From Octopus sinensis (Eukaryota): DNA of 64,000 bases. Of this stretch, positions 12,045 to 25,495 are shown one piece after another (positions within the stretch are counted from its first letter, which is position 1; each line of letters opens with the position of its first letter). A model generated the notes under the pieces. The model was not told the DNA's origin. It searched no databases and saw nothing but the letters and a program-made list of their open reading frames with translations. The translations under genes and the position numbers were made by a program. Where the stretch lies: positions 3,224,001 through 3,288,000 of the forward strand of contig NC_043007.1 of assembly GCF_006345805.1 (NCBI RefSeq), given 5' to 3'.

Positions 12045-12467
12045 TTTCAGCTAACCCACAACTAAATTAATAGTTTATTTTTCTTTTATATTGCATAGCC
12101 CAACACATTAACGAGGCCGTCAAATGTGTCTCTAGTCTCGAAGACATTAAGTCGACTATAAACTCATTTTATTACACAGACGAATAATGAACTAATCAAA
12201 AGCTGCTTTATTAGGTCTATAACTGCGACATATCTGTCGTATACTGTTCATATCATAAGTATGTATACGATTAATTCAGAATATAGAGCTACTAGCATTA
12301 ATGTACTCCAAGTACCTACGGTGTAAAAGGCTCTTATACGCAGTGTTATTGCAATTTAGATGGTTTATATACTTCGAAAAATATAGTTGTCAGAAACGTG
12401 TCCAAGCGACACTAATTAATTGACATTGCCAGTCTCAGCAGGTTATGTGAATATTAGAAACCTGCGC

Positions 12468-13030
12468 TCGTCTGCACGCCGGGCAAAATGTTTAGCGATA
12501 TTTCGTCTGCCGTTACGTTCTGAGTTCAAATTCCGCCGAGGTCGACTTTGCCTTTCATCCTTTCGGGATCGATTAAATAAGTACCAGTTACGCACTGAGG
12601 TCGATATAATCGACTTAATCCATTTGTCTGTCCTTGTTTGTCATCTCTGTGTTTAGCCCCTTGTGGGTAGTAAAGAAATAGGTATTTCGTCTGTCGTTAC
12701 GTTCTGAGTTCAAATTCCGCCGAGGTCGACTTTGCCTTTCATCTTTTCGGGATCGATTAAATAAGTACCAGTTACGCACTGGGGACGATATAATCGACTT
12801 AATCTGTTTGTCTGTCCTTGTTTGTCTTCTCTGCGTAGGCAGTAAAGAAATAGGTATTTCGTCCGTGTTTAGGTTCCAAATGCAAATTCTGCCGAGATCC
12901 ATTTTGCCTCTCAACCTTTCCAGGTCCATTAAATAAGTACCAGTTGATTACAAGAGCTGGGGCGATCTAACCGACTTGTTCCTTCCGGCCAAATTTCTGG
13001 CTTTATGGCTGTAGTGGAAAGGAATATTAG
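12468..13030 (+). mobile_element. SINE family A trimer (body repeated without head)
   Basis: tatttcgtc unit starts at ~12499, 12683 and 12855; each unit has gactttgcctttcatc.tttcggg.tcgattaaataagtaccagt or a degenerate version. Confidence 0.9.
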
Positions 13031-13518
13031 AAATACACGTGCCTCAAGAGAGATACAAACTAATGCCTACCTGGTGGTGGATTTACCATTAACGTTTGCT
13101 CTCCTTCTCTCCTTCTGTTTCCTCTCATTCTGTCTATCTATCTACCTTACCATCCCTCTTTGTTTTTCTAGCTACCCTTCCTTCCCACTCTATCTATATA
13201 AGTCTTTCTCCCAACTTCTCTTTCTCTCTCTTTCTATCTTTCTACCTCCTTCTTTCTCTCTCTCCCACTCTCTTTTTCTTCGTGTGTGTGTGTCTCTCTC
13301 CCCACTCTCATTATGTCTGACCATGTATGTATGGTCTATAATGTCGCAAGTAGACCATAACTCAAAATAATTGCTCAATACATAAGTAATGTTTATTTGT
13401 TTTAATACGTATCAATATCTACTCAAATGTTAAAATTAGTATTTCGTTTTAGGTTTGCAAGATTCTTTATATGAGTACGTGTGTTGAACCATATTATGTT
13501 GTGTATATAGTAGAAAGG

Positions 13519-13560
<42 letters not shown>
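13519..13560. repeat. (TAA)n tract at the 3' end of the R4/Dong element
   Basis: Pure (TAT)n on the plus strand. Confidence 0.95.
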
Positions 13561-13563
<3 letters not shown>

Positions 13564-14265
13564 TAGTTTTATTTTTATAGCGTGCTTTCACTTCACTACC
13601 GAGCGCAGCTCTGTGTGCCTTGGGTATGTGCTGTGATTTGTTGTGATGCTCTGATGGTTATTGTATGGAAAGTGTTCTGCGTAGGATGTGTGCAGTGCCT
13701 AGTAGTGCAATTTTCTGTATGTTATATGTGTTTGTAAGTCCTGGTGTTTTTTGTTATGTATTTGTCTGAATATTTTTTTATCATGCCTAATGCACCTACT
13801 ATGATAGGAATTGTTTCTGTTTTCAGATTCCACATTCTAGTTACCTCTATTTCCAGGTCTTTGTATTTTGAGAGTTTCTCCATTCTTTTAGAGACACGTT
13901 GTCATCTGCCGGTATTGATACATCAATTAGAAAGCATTTTTTTTCTTCATGATCTCTGACAACTATATCTGGTCTGTTGGCTTTAATTTCTCTATCTGCG
14001 TGTATCGGCATATCCCAGAGTATGGTTGCTTTCTCGTTTTCTGTGACCTTTTCTGGTGTGTGCCTATACCATCTTTTTTCTGTTGTTATTCCATAATGTT
14101 GGCATAGCTTCCAATGTATGTAGGTTCCAACTCTGTCATGTCTGTGAATATATTCCTTCTTAGCCAGGACTGGGCAGCTAGAGATAATATGATTTATTGT
14201 TTCTTGTCCATCTCCACATATTCTGCAGTTACTTGTAATATTTCTTTTCATTACATGTTTTTGGT
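13561..14265 (-). mobile_element. 5'-truncated R4/Dong-clade non-LTR retrotransposon (zinc knuckle plus restriction-like endonuclease)
   Basis: CRICGDGQETINHIISSC (CCHC), RHDRV, WDMPI, NRPDIVV...LIDVSIP; after a frameshift EKLSKYKDLEIE...IPIIVGALG; after a second frameshift IQKIALLGTAHILRRTLSIQ* (stop 13658-13660); ~97-nt 3' UTR; (TAA)n on both sides. Confidence 0.92.
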
Positions 14266-14266
14266 A

Positions 14267-14303
<37 letters not shown>
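14266..14303. repeat. (TAA)n tract at the 5' junction of the R4/Dong element
   Basis: Pure (TAT)n on the plus strand; it encodes the poly-N of the tracked ORF. Confidence 0.95.
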
Positions 14304-14304
<1 letters not shown>

Positions 14305-15094
14305 AGTACTGGGCTAGTAGAACCGGCAATGTGTTGAACAAAAGGCATAGTGGCATTTCTTTCAGCTCTTTATATTCTGTGTTCAAATACCACTGAGGTA
14401 ACTTTTGCCTGTTAATCTTTCAATATCAATAAAGACCAGACGCAACAGTTAAAATTAATATTTGATTTAAATAATTGCTTTATATATGAATGGAGGACGA
14501 ATATACAACGCCATGACGATGATGATAACAGAAATAATAATTTGTGAGGGAGACGTGTGAAGATAAAGGTTTCTATGGGAGCATCAGAAGGAAATAAATC
14601 GTCCATATATGAGAATATATATTCCTAATATAACAATAAGATATGCTCAGGTTAAATACGGTACAGGGCCGAATATTCAAACATTGTACAGTGTCTATGT
14701 TGTGATGGATAGAGCGAAATACTTAATATGAAATTCATTATAAATACAGAATCACTAAAATATTTTGGTAAAATAAAGTGATTGTATAAACGTATATTTG
14801 TTATAGAGAGAAGCGTAGTTTACCCTGATAAACACATCTATTCATTTAGAGTCTCATGAAATAAAGCGGGGAAAATAAACCTGTAAATTTAAGTGTTTGC
14901 CACAGCGTAAGAAAATTAATTTTTAGTCGACACCAAAGGGGCGGGAAATAGCAGTAGGAATCAAGATTATTCAAATAATTAAAAAATATAGATGATTGGA
15001 ATAGACATCTGAGCAATTAAGCAGTATCTTCTAATAATATTATACTTCCAATTAACGAAACATAACAATTCCAATCGCACAGAAGACATTAGAG

Positions 15095-15355
15095 ACGTGT
15101 GTGAAGGGTGTTGTGTCGTTGACATTTCTGATAATCGCGTTACTGGATCATTCTTCTTCGATGATTCAACAGTATCCTGATTGGATACGTTGCAACTCAT
15201 TGGATATAGGCAACGGAAACGGCATATTATTTTTTACAAGACGATGCAGCACCACACTGAACCTCCCATGTGTCATTACATGTGATATTCCAAGACAAGT
15301 GTGGATGCTGACTTCACTAACCGGTTGCATCTCCTGATATCGCATTATTTTAACC
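15095..15355 (+). pseudogene. Degraded Tc1/mariner-superfamily transposase catalytic fragment
   Basis: Translates with stops and frameshifts to DISDNRVTGSFFFDDSTVS*LDTLQL, FLQDDAAPH and ASPDIA, resembling VIGPFFF / QQDGAPPH / RSPDL motifs. Confidence 0.6.
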
Positions 15356-15362
15356 ATCTTAA

Positions 15363-15730
15363 GGCGGCGTTTTGCTTAGCGGTATTTCGTCTGCCGTTAC
15401 GGTCTGAGTTCAAATTCCGCCGAGGTCTACTTTGCCTTTCATCCTTTTGGGGTCGATTAAATAAGTACCAGTTACGCACTGGGGTCGGTATAATCGACTT
15501 AATCCGTGTGTCTGTCCTTGTTTGTGCCCTCTATGTTTAGCCCCTTGTGGGTAATAAAGAAATATGTATTTCATCTGCCGTTAAGTCCTGAGTTCAAAAT
15601 TCGCCATGGTTGACTTTGCTTTTCATCATTTCAGAATCGATAGATTAAGTACCAGTTGCGTACTTGGGTCGATCTAACCGACTGGGCCCCTCTCCAAGAA
15701 TTTCCTGTCGTCTGTCTAGAGGAGAAAACA
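15363..15730 (+). mobile_element. SINE family A dimer
   Basis: Two Nin-like bodies joined at aaagaaatatgtatttc (~15560). Confidence 0.85.
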
Positions 15731-16169
15731 TTATTTTATTCATTTTAGTTTCATTTGATAATTTTTTCTTCTTTTTTTTCAAAACGTTTCGCTTATGTCG
15801 GGTGTATAGTATGCCGGTTATAGACACTAATGATTTAAGATAATTTAAAACTAAGGAACACTACTGATATTGAACGAGTCGGTATGAATACGGCGCATTT
15901 TAGACGGCAGTTTTTGGCGTATCGATTAAATGATGAGAGAGCCACTAATGGTGCCTATATATGCAGTGATTATAGCGCTAGCACTTCAATGCAAAGGAAC
16001 TTCGTAAATACATGTGTTGGATAACGTTATTTAATGCTTTTTTGTATGGCATCATAAATTTTATTAAATGACGACAATGTGCAAGCATTTTCGGCAACTC
16101 GTATATGTGTTACATGCGTGCATGTGCATAACACGCACACATGCTCATGTATACATATCTTCACATATA

Positions 16170-16215
16170 CATATATTCAAAGACATATATACACATACAT
16201 ATATACATACATATA

Positions 16216-16254
<39 letters not shown>

Positions 16255-16360
16255 GTAAGCATATACATATACATTATATATATACATGAATATATACATG
16301 AAATCATACATACATACATACATACATATACATAATACACACCACACACCACACACACAT

Positions 16361-16396
<36 letters not shown>

Positions 16397-16429
16397 CACA
16401 CACATACATACATACATCATACATACACA

Positions 16430-16460
<31 letters not shown>

Positions 16461-16468
16461 TACATACA

Positions 16469-16511
<43 letters not shown>

Positions 16512-16556
16512 TACATACATACATACATACATACATACACCACTACACACATACAT

Positions 16557-16595
<39 letters not shown>

Positions 16596-16618
16596 ACACC
16601 ACACATACATACATACAT

Positions 16619-16688
<70 letters not shown>

Positions 16689-16711
16689 CACACACACACA
16701 CATACATACAT

Positions 16712-16748
<37 letters not shown>

Positions 16749-16810
16749 TACATACATACATACATACACACATACACACATACATACATACATACATGCA
16801 TGCATATGTA
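16170..16810. repeat. Large compound (TA)/(CA)/(TACA) microsatellite
   Basis: Directly visible; source of several spurious long ORFs. Confidence 0.95.
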
Positions 16811-17639
16811 TACGAAGACTTGAATGAATTTCTGTTTCAAAACCATTGTAATTTCTTTGTCACTGTATATAAAAGATGTTTATTAACTAATATCATATTA
16901 CTTGTATTATCAAGTTTAACAAATGCCTAATATTGTATCTAGAGAATAAATTACCTAATTTTGTTAAATCTCTTCTGATTTTTCTCCTTTTTTTATCACT
17001 TCCGATTTTGCAAAGCGATTTATCAACGCCATTATTAATTTTAAATCTTAAATTTGAACCAAATTAAATTTGAACAAAATTCTGTTAATTTAAAATGATG
17101 GTTGTTAATGTAGTTTTAACTTTCTTTTACAAATATATCTGAATCAATCTTTCGTGTAAACACTTTGTAAATACGATTTTAATACATTTTGTCTTGCTTT
17201 TGCTTCTAGAATGTTAAAAATGTGACACGTGAAAGCTCAAAGATATTTGTTTCCTATGCCAATAGAAAGCATGGCACTGGATTTAGCAACGCAGTATTTG
17301 GTGCGAAAGTGAAATTATAACCAATATATTATTTCGTTATGCAATTAATTTGCAATCAAATTACCATGCGTTAGAATTTCACTTTATACATTTGCAGCAA
17401 AAATTAGATCCGATGAATTTGCAGGGAAGAAATTACTGGCGAACGATGTGCATATATGTAAAGTTTGATAAAATATCCGGAGCCACAGTATGATTGGAAA
17501 TAAATTCATAGACTGAAATATCTTATACTAACGCGTCAAAAAAAAACTAACGCGTCAAAATGATTTAATTATTTACTGAATAGTGTATGGCACCCGTACT
17601 ATCCGCCCACTACAAAAATCGAATTCAGTACACATAGCA

Positions 17640-17885
17640 ACATTACCTCACAGCTACTTAACCTCAACCGGTCCAACTCTCTTTAATACCAGACCAAAAT
17701 AGATCCCATAAAATTCAAATGTTCACGGGACAAATTTCTTCAAAAAATCCCAGACCAACCTTCTACACTCGGATATGTCTCCAACAATAATGACTCTTTG
17801 CTAGGGTGGGCCATGGTGCCCCATATATTACCTAAAAAACTTCACCAGGTGGTACTATTAAGTTAGACATGACCTGGGCCCAATA
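17640..17885 (+). mobile_element. CR1-like LINE 3' fragment
   Basis: SYLTSTGPTLFNTRPK, then with a frameshift IDPIKFKCSRDKFLQKIPDQPSTLGYVSNNNDSLLGW, matching the CR1-type C-terminal pattern GPxLFNxLP...DKFL..IPDQP...NSLL.W. Confidence 0.7.
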
Positions 17886-18443
17886 TTTTAAGTTAGAAGT
17901 TTAAACGAAATGTAAAAGACTGTAAATGAATGAAAAGCAAAGATAAAGATATTGAACAACACTACATACGTTGAATTTTCTGGTACGAACTCCAGCGCTC
18001 TTTCATACTGGAATGCAGGAAATATCGGTACGCAAATTGATGTAAATAAGCGGAAAAAGAACTTGCTATCTTTTATCTGTGTTGTACGTATATTCACATG
18101 TATTTTATTTTCTTATATTTTGAATATGTTCGCTGAGACCGACACAAAGTCGAAAAAGAAACCACGTAGAATGGAAAAAGACGTAACGCGAAACTTGAGA
18201 TATATCTCTGTATAATTGAAACTAAAATATGATAAAACGAAATTGCAAAACATGAAGATCAATTGTCTTAATTATTGTAGGATCAATAATTAGAATATCG
18301 ATTACATAGTATGAAATGTATCGTACAATTTGGCAAGAGACATTTTATTTGTAACTTGGTTTTAAAACCAGTGCGTTGTTTCTATAAATATAACATCAAT
18401 GTTTTGATTACTAAATTTGTAATATTAGTTCGTATCTATAATA

Positions 18444-18640
18444 CCGCCAACTTACGGAATCGTTAGCACTATGGTCAGAATGTTTAGCTGCATTTCAGCC
18501 GTCTTTACGTTCTGAGTTCAAATTCCACCGAGGTCGACTTTCTATTTTATTCTGTCTGTAAAATAATTACTACTGGGATTGATATAATCAAATTAGCCTC
18601 ACCTTCGAAACTGGCCTCCTACCAAACTTTGAAACTCATA
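18444..18640 (+). mobile_element. SINE family A, degenerate
   Basis: tttacgttctgagttcaaattccaccgaggtcgactt. Confidence 0.7.
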
Positions 18641-18755
18641 TAAATTCTTATCCAACAAACTTCGCTATCGAATATTTAAATTTAAGGAATACTTTGAACT
18701 CCAAAACAAGAGTTACAATTGATGTCTGTGGGTGCGCATATCTGTCTGTATCTCT

Positions 18756-18906
<151 letters not shown>

Positions 18907-19248
18907 ATTGTTTTGAGAAAGAAGATGGATTAGAAATTCTCACACAATATAGAGGTTTGGACTTAGAAGTAATCAGGAGTAACATGAGACGGCAGGTGTA
19001 AATATATAATGGAAAGAAAGAAAAGACCTGGTAATTCAATCTGCAAACGTGACTCCGATTAGAGATGGATTTAAATGACAAATGCACATGATCGATTAAA
19101 AATATATAAATACACAGATATTTTTTAAAAGATCTATTGGTAAATAAATATATTAAAAATATATACGTGTTAAGTAATAGATTTTAAAGAATCTCCGGAT
19201 GCAGATATAAAAAAAAACTTAAAACATACGTATATTGGTAAAAATATT

Positions 19249-19437
19249 CTCTTCTACTCTAGGCACAAGGGCCGAAATTTTGGGGAGGGGGCCAGTTGAT
19301 TTGATGGAGTCCAGTGCGCAACTGTTACTTAATTTATCGACCCTTAAAGCATGAAAATTAAAGTCGAGCTCGGCGGAATTTGAACTCAGAACATAAAAAC
19401 AGACGACACACCGCTAAGCATATCACCCACCGTGCTA
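19249..19437 (-). mobile_element. SINE family A, degenerate
   Basis: ttaatttatcgaccc...aaagtcgagctcggcggaatttgaactcagaac. Confidence 0.75.
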
Positions 19438-19536
19438 ATAGGTAAAAATATTGGAGAAAATCTGAAGTGGTGATGGAGTTGAACTAAAAGATACGATGAG
19501 GGGCTAAGCTAAAATTTGGAATAAATACATGTAGGT

Positions 19537-19947
19537 GCAGGAGGGGCTGTCTGGTAAATAGCTTGTTTACCAACCACATGGTTCTGGGCTAAGTCCCACT
19601 GCGTGGCACCTTGGGCCGTACAGAGCCTTGTGAGAGGATTTGGTAGATAGAAATTAAAAGCAAGCCCGTCGTATATATATATATATATATATATAGATAT
19701 AGATATATATATGTGTGTGTGTGTGAGTGTGTATGTGTATGTTTATGTGTCTGTGTTTGACCTCCTCAACATTGCTTGACAACCGATGATGGTGTGTTTA
19801 CGTCCCCGTGATTTAGCAGTTCAGCAAAAAGGGGTCGATAGAATAAGTACGAGGCTTACAAAGAATACGTCCTAGGGTCGACTTGTTCGATTAAAGGCGG
19901 TCCTCTAGCATGGCCTCAATCAAATGACTGAAACAAGTATAAGAATC
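19537..19947 (+). mobile_element. SINE family B (tRNA head, CORE-like domain, internal microsatellite)
   Basis: accaaccacatggttc...cccactgcgtggcaccttggg...gcttgacaaccgatg.tggtgtgtttacgtccccgt...agcatggcc...tgactgaaacaagt. Confidence 0.85.
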
Positions 19948-20124
19948 ATGAAAGAATATATATATATATATATATAATATATATATATATATTATATATA
20001 TATATATAGGGCACGAGTCTTTAGATAGATAGATAGAGACAGACAGACAGACAGACAGACGGACGGACGGACGGACGGACGGACAGACAGATAGACAGCC
20101 AGACAGACAGACAGACAGACAGCC

Positions 20125-20191
<67 letters not shown>

Positions 20192-20722
20192 GTGTATTGT
20201 TTAATAAAATGAACTTGAAGTTTGAAGACTGTAATAATGAAATTAGGATTAAAGAATCTCTCTCTACAATTCTCTAATATTGTTAAGAAAGATATAAAAT
20301 GCATTTGGCTTTCCTTTGCAATATTTCAGATTAGATGAATATATTATGCGTCCTAAACCAAAACTTAATGCGTTCGATGGGGTATTTGGTTTGTTATATT
20401 CATTTATATAGCTTCGAAACCAACCATTTGAATTAATATGATTATGTTAAAAGTAATGAATTCCGTTTCAGTGTGATAGTGTGATATTTTAAAAACCTAT
20501 CGCATTAAATCCGAAGACACCAATAATTAAATTTATTGCATTGTATCTAATGTCCAAATTAGTGATGTAAATGCAGAGAAATATATGCTTGCAGGGACAT
20601 GGTTTTAAGGTAATAATACGATATCTGCTGTAAATATTAGGAAAATAAAATTAATCTAATAAATTGCATAATAATTAGAATTTGAAAACAAATTTAAATA
20701 TCATGCGAACAGTTGTATGTCA

Positions 20723-20935
20723 GATTGGTTTTAAATTTTGGTTCAAGACCAGTCATTTCTGGGGAGGGGTAAGTCGATTACATCAACCCCACTGCTTAAC
20801 TCATACTTTTTTATCGACCCTGAAAGGATGAAAAGCAATGTCGACCTGGCTGGAATTTGAACTCAGGACGAAAAACGGAGACAGTGCTGCTAGGCATCTT
20901 GTCCGACCTCCTAACAATTCGGCCAGATAACTACC
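20723..20935 (-). mobile_element. SINE family A, degenerate
   Basis: ttatcgaccctgaaaggatgaaaagcaatgtcgacctggctggaatttgaactc. Confidence 0.7.
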
Positions 20936-21199
20936 CTTAATTTGTATATCATATCAAAAATGCATGTGTGTGTGTGTGAGAGAGAGAGAGAGCGAGTACG
21001 TATTGGTGTGTAGACACATACGTACAGAGAGGTATAAGGCGGGTTTGTGCAAGTTATTGCACCTGGGTCAGCACAGGTATAAGTTATATCAATAACCTGT
21101 CCTATCAGAAGGTATTATAAGAAAATTCCCAGACCAAGCCTAATTTTTTTACACCAGTAATTCAGTAAATAATTGCCTCAAATTTTGACACATGGTGAG

Positions 21200-21499
21200 G
21201 TTTTTCTACGGAAGAAAATAAGTTGGCATCATTGGTTCTGCCATCCCAATGACTGAAATTTGTCTTACTACATTTTCTGACATTTTGCTAATAATCGGTT
21301 GCCACTGAACGTTCATTGCCTTGAGCCGACAGTCGAGTGCTTGTCCTTGAAGCCAGCGTGACACTCAGAACAGAAATCAGTGTTCAATTTAAAGAATGTT
21401 CGCTAAAAGAGTGACGAGAAAATTTGATAATTTCCGTAGCAGATTTCCCAGGCTTCATGCCAGGCTCAACTGAAGACGCTATTCTAACGTGTCAGACAT
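21200..21499 (-). pseudogene. Very degraded mariner transposase N-terminus
   Basis: Minus strand gives MSDTLE*R, then KPGKSATEII (compare mariner KLGKSATET), then NERS (compare DERSGRP). Confidence 0.35.
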
Positions 21500-21721
21500 T
21501 GTGAAAGGAAAAAGGAAAAAACAGTGTCCACGCGACACGCTTCAAAACAACCGCCATCTACTCTATCACACCCGAACTCCTTAGAGCTAAGTGGCAAGTG
21601 AGATGTTGTTAAAAGATATTTCTACAAGATTCCATGCAGTGGGTTCGAATTCAACACACCATGGTTGTGAAGATAATCACCGTGCAACTTCTCCTTTTAT
21701 GTATAAGAACACACACATATA

Positions 21722-22029
21722 TCACCGTGATCACCGTGACCGACCAGGCTATCAGATGTTGCTACACATCGCTGGTCACAATACGCTTCGCATTGTTTTA
21801 GCCTTCAAATGACGCCACCCCACTGGCTAAGCAAGCAGGCCAACTGAAGAAAGAGTGAGAGAAAGTTGTGGCGAAAGAGTACAGCAGGGATCGCTACCAC
21901 CCCCTGCCGGAGCCTGGTGGAGCTTTAGGTTTTTCGCTCAATAAACACTCACAACATCCGGTCTGGGAATCGAAACCGCGATCCTACAATCGCGAGTCCG
22001 GTGTCCTAACCACTGGGCCATTGTGCCTC
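21722..22029 (-). mobile_element. SINE family C plus tail T3
   Basis: Family C head and body followed by gcgatgtgtagcaacatctgatagcctggtcggtcacggtgatcacggtgat. Confidence 0.9.
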
Positions 22030-22071
22030 TACACACACATATATATACACATGTAAGTATGTGTGCATGTG

Positions 22072-22111
<40 letters not shown>

Positions 22112-23246
22112 TGTGTGTGTGTGTGTGTGTGTTTCATGAATTTGCATGATAAATTTTGAAGCAGAAACTCTGCAAAAGTTTAAATTGGTATAAAATATTT
22201 ATAAAAAATATTATGAATGAAATTCTAAAATTCTGTTTATAACTTATTTCTGGTTTTCCATAAATATTCCAAAAGAAATTTATATCTGAAAATTTTCAAA
22301 TCAAACGTTATTCACCAATTCTTGAAATACGAAGAAAAATCAATAAATTCGTTCTGCTCTTCGTTGACTTTGATAATGAATCAACCATTAATAAAAGCAT
22401 TTATTCATTTTAAAAACAAAATAATTAATTCTTATTCCATCTAAAAGGAAAGATAAGATGTCTTTGTGTGGACGTATCTGGAATGCATTGATAACAATTA
22501 TCTATGTTCAAGATTAATATCTAAAATACTTATACATATAGATAAACAATAGACATCGTACACAGAACATTTGACTGAACATCATCCCTGTGTAAAGAAA
22601 CTCTTAAGATTCTGTATTTCCGTGACGTAAATTTATCATGGTGGATATTTTTTTCTGTCTTATTCGTTATCCGTTCATATTGCTTTCCATGTATTTCATT
22701 TGCATTGCTTCCTTCAATATCCAGTTTCTTAACATGAATTCTTTAAAGTAATTTATCAACATGAAACATGAATCTTGCTGCGAAACAAAGTTCTGGCTGA
22801 GGTCGTTTGTACAATTTTGATCATTGAAAATAATTTATCAAATTGAAACATAAATCTCACACTTACGAACGAGGTTTAGCTACTCAGTTCATATTAGCGA
22901 CGTTTCGTCAATAACAATAGAACTCTTTCATTAAACGAAACGTGAGAAATATATTACCTACTTCAGCTGTAAATTACTTGTCGTAATTGCCAAGACGTTC
23001 GCTTAGGAAGTCATTTGCTATCTTCCTAATATAATTAGCTTTCAGGATACAGCTTTTCACTATAAATACATACAATGAATAAATAAAACGGAAAAGAGTT
23101 GGGCTTTAAAATAGTATTTTCTTTTTGTTTTTCCACATTTTCAATTGAACTGATGCTAGGTTCAAAAATAAATGTTGCTAGTTCGAATCCCGTATTCAGT
23201 AATTAAAAAATCTGTTGACCAAAACAGTCTATAATCATATTATGAA

Positions 23247-23567
23247 GGCGCGTGGCTTAGTGGTCAGGGGCAATCGGCTCACGACCATAAGGTCATGAGT
23301 TCAATTTCCGGTGATGCGTTGTGTTCTTGAGCAAGACACTTTATTTTCACGTTGCTCCAGTCCACTCTGCCCGGCAAAAATGAGTTGTACCTGTATTTGA
23401 AAGGGCCAGTCTTGTCACACTCTGTGTCATGCTGAATCTCCCTGAGAACTACGTTATGGGTACCAATGTCTGTGAAGTGCTCAGCCACTTGCACATTAAT
23501 TTCACGAGCAAGCTGTTCCCTTGATCGTATCAGCTGGAACCCTCGTCGACGCAACCGACGGAGTGCC
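23247..23567 (+). mobile_element. SINE family D plus tail T1
   Basis: ggcgcgtggcttagtggtcaggg...gagttcaatttccgg...gttgtgttcttgagcaagacactttatt...aaccgacggagtgcc. Confidence 0.9.
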
Positions 23568-24469
23568 TCTTTTTAATAATAGTATAGACGAAAATATTTT
23601 AGAATGTTACATCTCTAAAGATTACGTTAACAGTTTGCGGAATAATCAACTTAGCGATTTATCTGAGACATTTAGATATTTAATTTCTTTAGCATTCATC
23701 TTTCAACCATTTTCTGACTGCGGCACGTAACAAAGTAACTCGCAAACTTTTCAGTTATGTCAGTAAACATGACTTTTATGTTCAGTTACCGCTGCATCAC
23801 ATTACTTCCAAATCTTGTTCTTTGAAAACTTTTAGCAGCGTCATATATCAAATCGGGTTTGCATAAAGTTCTTTTAGCTGTTTTCGAGAATTCTCATGAC
23901 TCTTTCACCAACCAGTTCCATTATAATGAATTTGAAATGCAGGCTTCAGTCATAATGAATCTTTCATTAGCTGATTACACAACCATGGACGCCACCTCTA
24001 TCCATACGTTGCTGTTACTCTCTTGATGGAGCTTCCGGATACTCACCGTTGATCTTCGAAGGTTCCTCTTCCCAGCATCGATGTAAGAAGCACCATTGAC
24101 TCAGTTGAGCTCTTTCTCTACCTCCCCTGTTCTGCAGTCCTGTGACTTCGCCGTATCCCTGGCAGGGTGGCTGAAAGGGTGCTACGTTTTGCCAAAGGGC
24201 AGCCCGAGACTATGCTGGACACGGTCGTCACTCATTGGGGTATTTTCAAAATACCCACATACCCAAGATGGAGTTAATCTCCATTTATTTGCACCATAAA
24301 TCATTTAAGCTGCTCGCTCAATCGCCAAACACGAATTATTTCACAAAATCCTTCAAATGGGTGTGTTAAACATCAAATTCACTGGTACTTCAGTTGGATG
24401 CCATATAAATATTGGTATAATTCCATAATAAAGATAAATTAAATATAGAGATATTCAATTGACAATCCA

Positions 24470-24890
24470 ATAATTTATTTATATTACAATATTACATTAA
24501 ATACTATGAATGTAATATATAACATAATATTATATAACATAAGTAATTATAAAAACCATAAAAGGCCAACAAATTGTTTCGACTTATATATATTTTTCTG
24601 ATATACATAATCACAGTTCCCTTATATATAAAGTAACTTGAGGGTCATGGTTTAGAAAAACATGAAATTCCGTGTGAAGACGGCTGGATTGAAAAAATTA
24701 ATTCAACTGTCCTTGACCCTGAAGTGACTTTATATATAAGGGAACTGTGATTATGTATATCACAAAAAATCTATATAAGTCGAAACAATTTGTTGGCCTT
24801 TTACGGTGTTTATAATTATTTATGTTATACAATATTATGTTATGTTATATTCATAGTATTTCATATAATATTGTAATATGAATAAATTAT
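24470..24890. repeat. Inverted repeat, ~180-bp arms and 60-bp spacer (PLE-like)
   Basis: Arms ~24470-24650 and 24711-24890; the core aaggccaacaaattgtttcgacttatata...cacagttcccttatatataaagt is mirrored. Confidence 0.92.
24714..24798 (+). ncRNA. Hammerhead-like motif with A9U change and extended stem II
   Basis: gacc-CUGAAGU-gacu(u)uauaua...uauauaaguc-GAAA-caauuug-UU-ggcc; stem I is weak. Confidence 0.4.
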
Positions 24891-25189
24891 CTGTGTGTGT
24901 GTGTGTGTGTGTGTGTGTAGTTCACAATTGTACAAATAACAAAATCAAACGGCGAGGACGTATGAGGAAATACCAGGCAAGATGTATCAATTTGACGCGC
25001 AGTAAAAAAGGGAGACCCTTTGACGTTTGGAGTCTTTGCTCTTTTATAGTTTGATATGTTGTAGTATGCCGTGCAAAGCTCATCTGCTGTTATTGGCTAC
25101 CTGCGTGTATGATACACAACATCTCACCAATGTTCTATGAGTGTAAAAATGTGTCGAAAGGATTTTAGGAGCGAGTGTGTCTGTGTCGT

Positions 25190-25495
25190 AAGAACAGTGT
25201 TTCCAAACCACATGACTCCGGATACAGGCCCACTGCGTGGCACCGTGGGTAGGTGTCTTCAACAATAGCCTCGGGCCGTCAATGTCTTGTGAGTGGATCT
25301 GGAACAGGATTTGGTAGACTCTTGACAACCGGTGCTGGTGACTTTACGTCCCCGTAACTTAGCGGTTGGCCAAAACACACCGATTGATTAAGTACCAGGT
25401 TTGAAAATATAAGTACCGGATTCAAAACACTCGACTAACACTCCAAGGCTGTACTCCAGCATGGCCGCATTCAAAGTAATGAAACGAATAAAAGA
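25190..25495 (+). mobile_element. SINE family B, degenerate
   Basis: cccactgcgtggcacc...ttgacaaccggtgctggtg..tttacgtccccgtaacttagcgg...ccagcatggccgca. Confidence 0.8.

Noticed and set aside
13847-14386. Tracked 179-aa ORF as an intact gene
   Set aside because: Its first ~40 codons come from flanking DNA and the (TAA)n tract; the true frame is a truncated, frameshifted retroelement C-terminus.
16161-16930. Long ORFs (180-214 aa) on both strands, and the many similar YI/HT/CV-rich ORFs across the window
   Set aside because: They are translations of TA/CA/TACA microsatellites, which lack stop codons in several frames.
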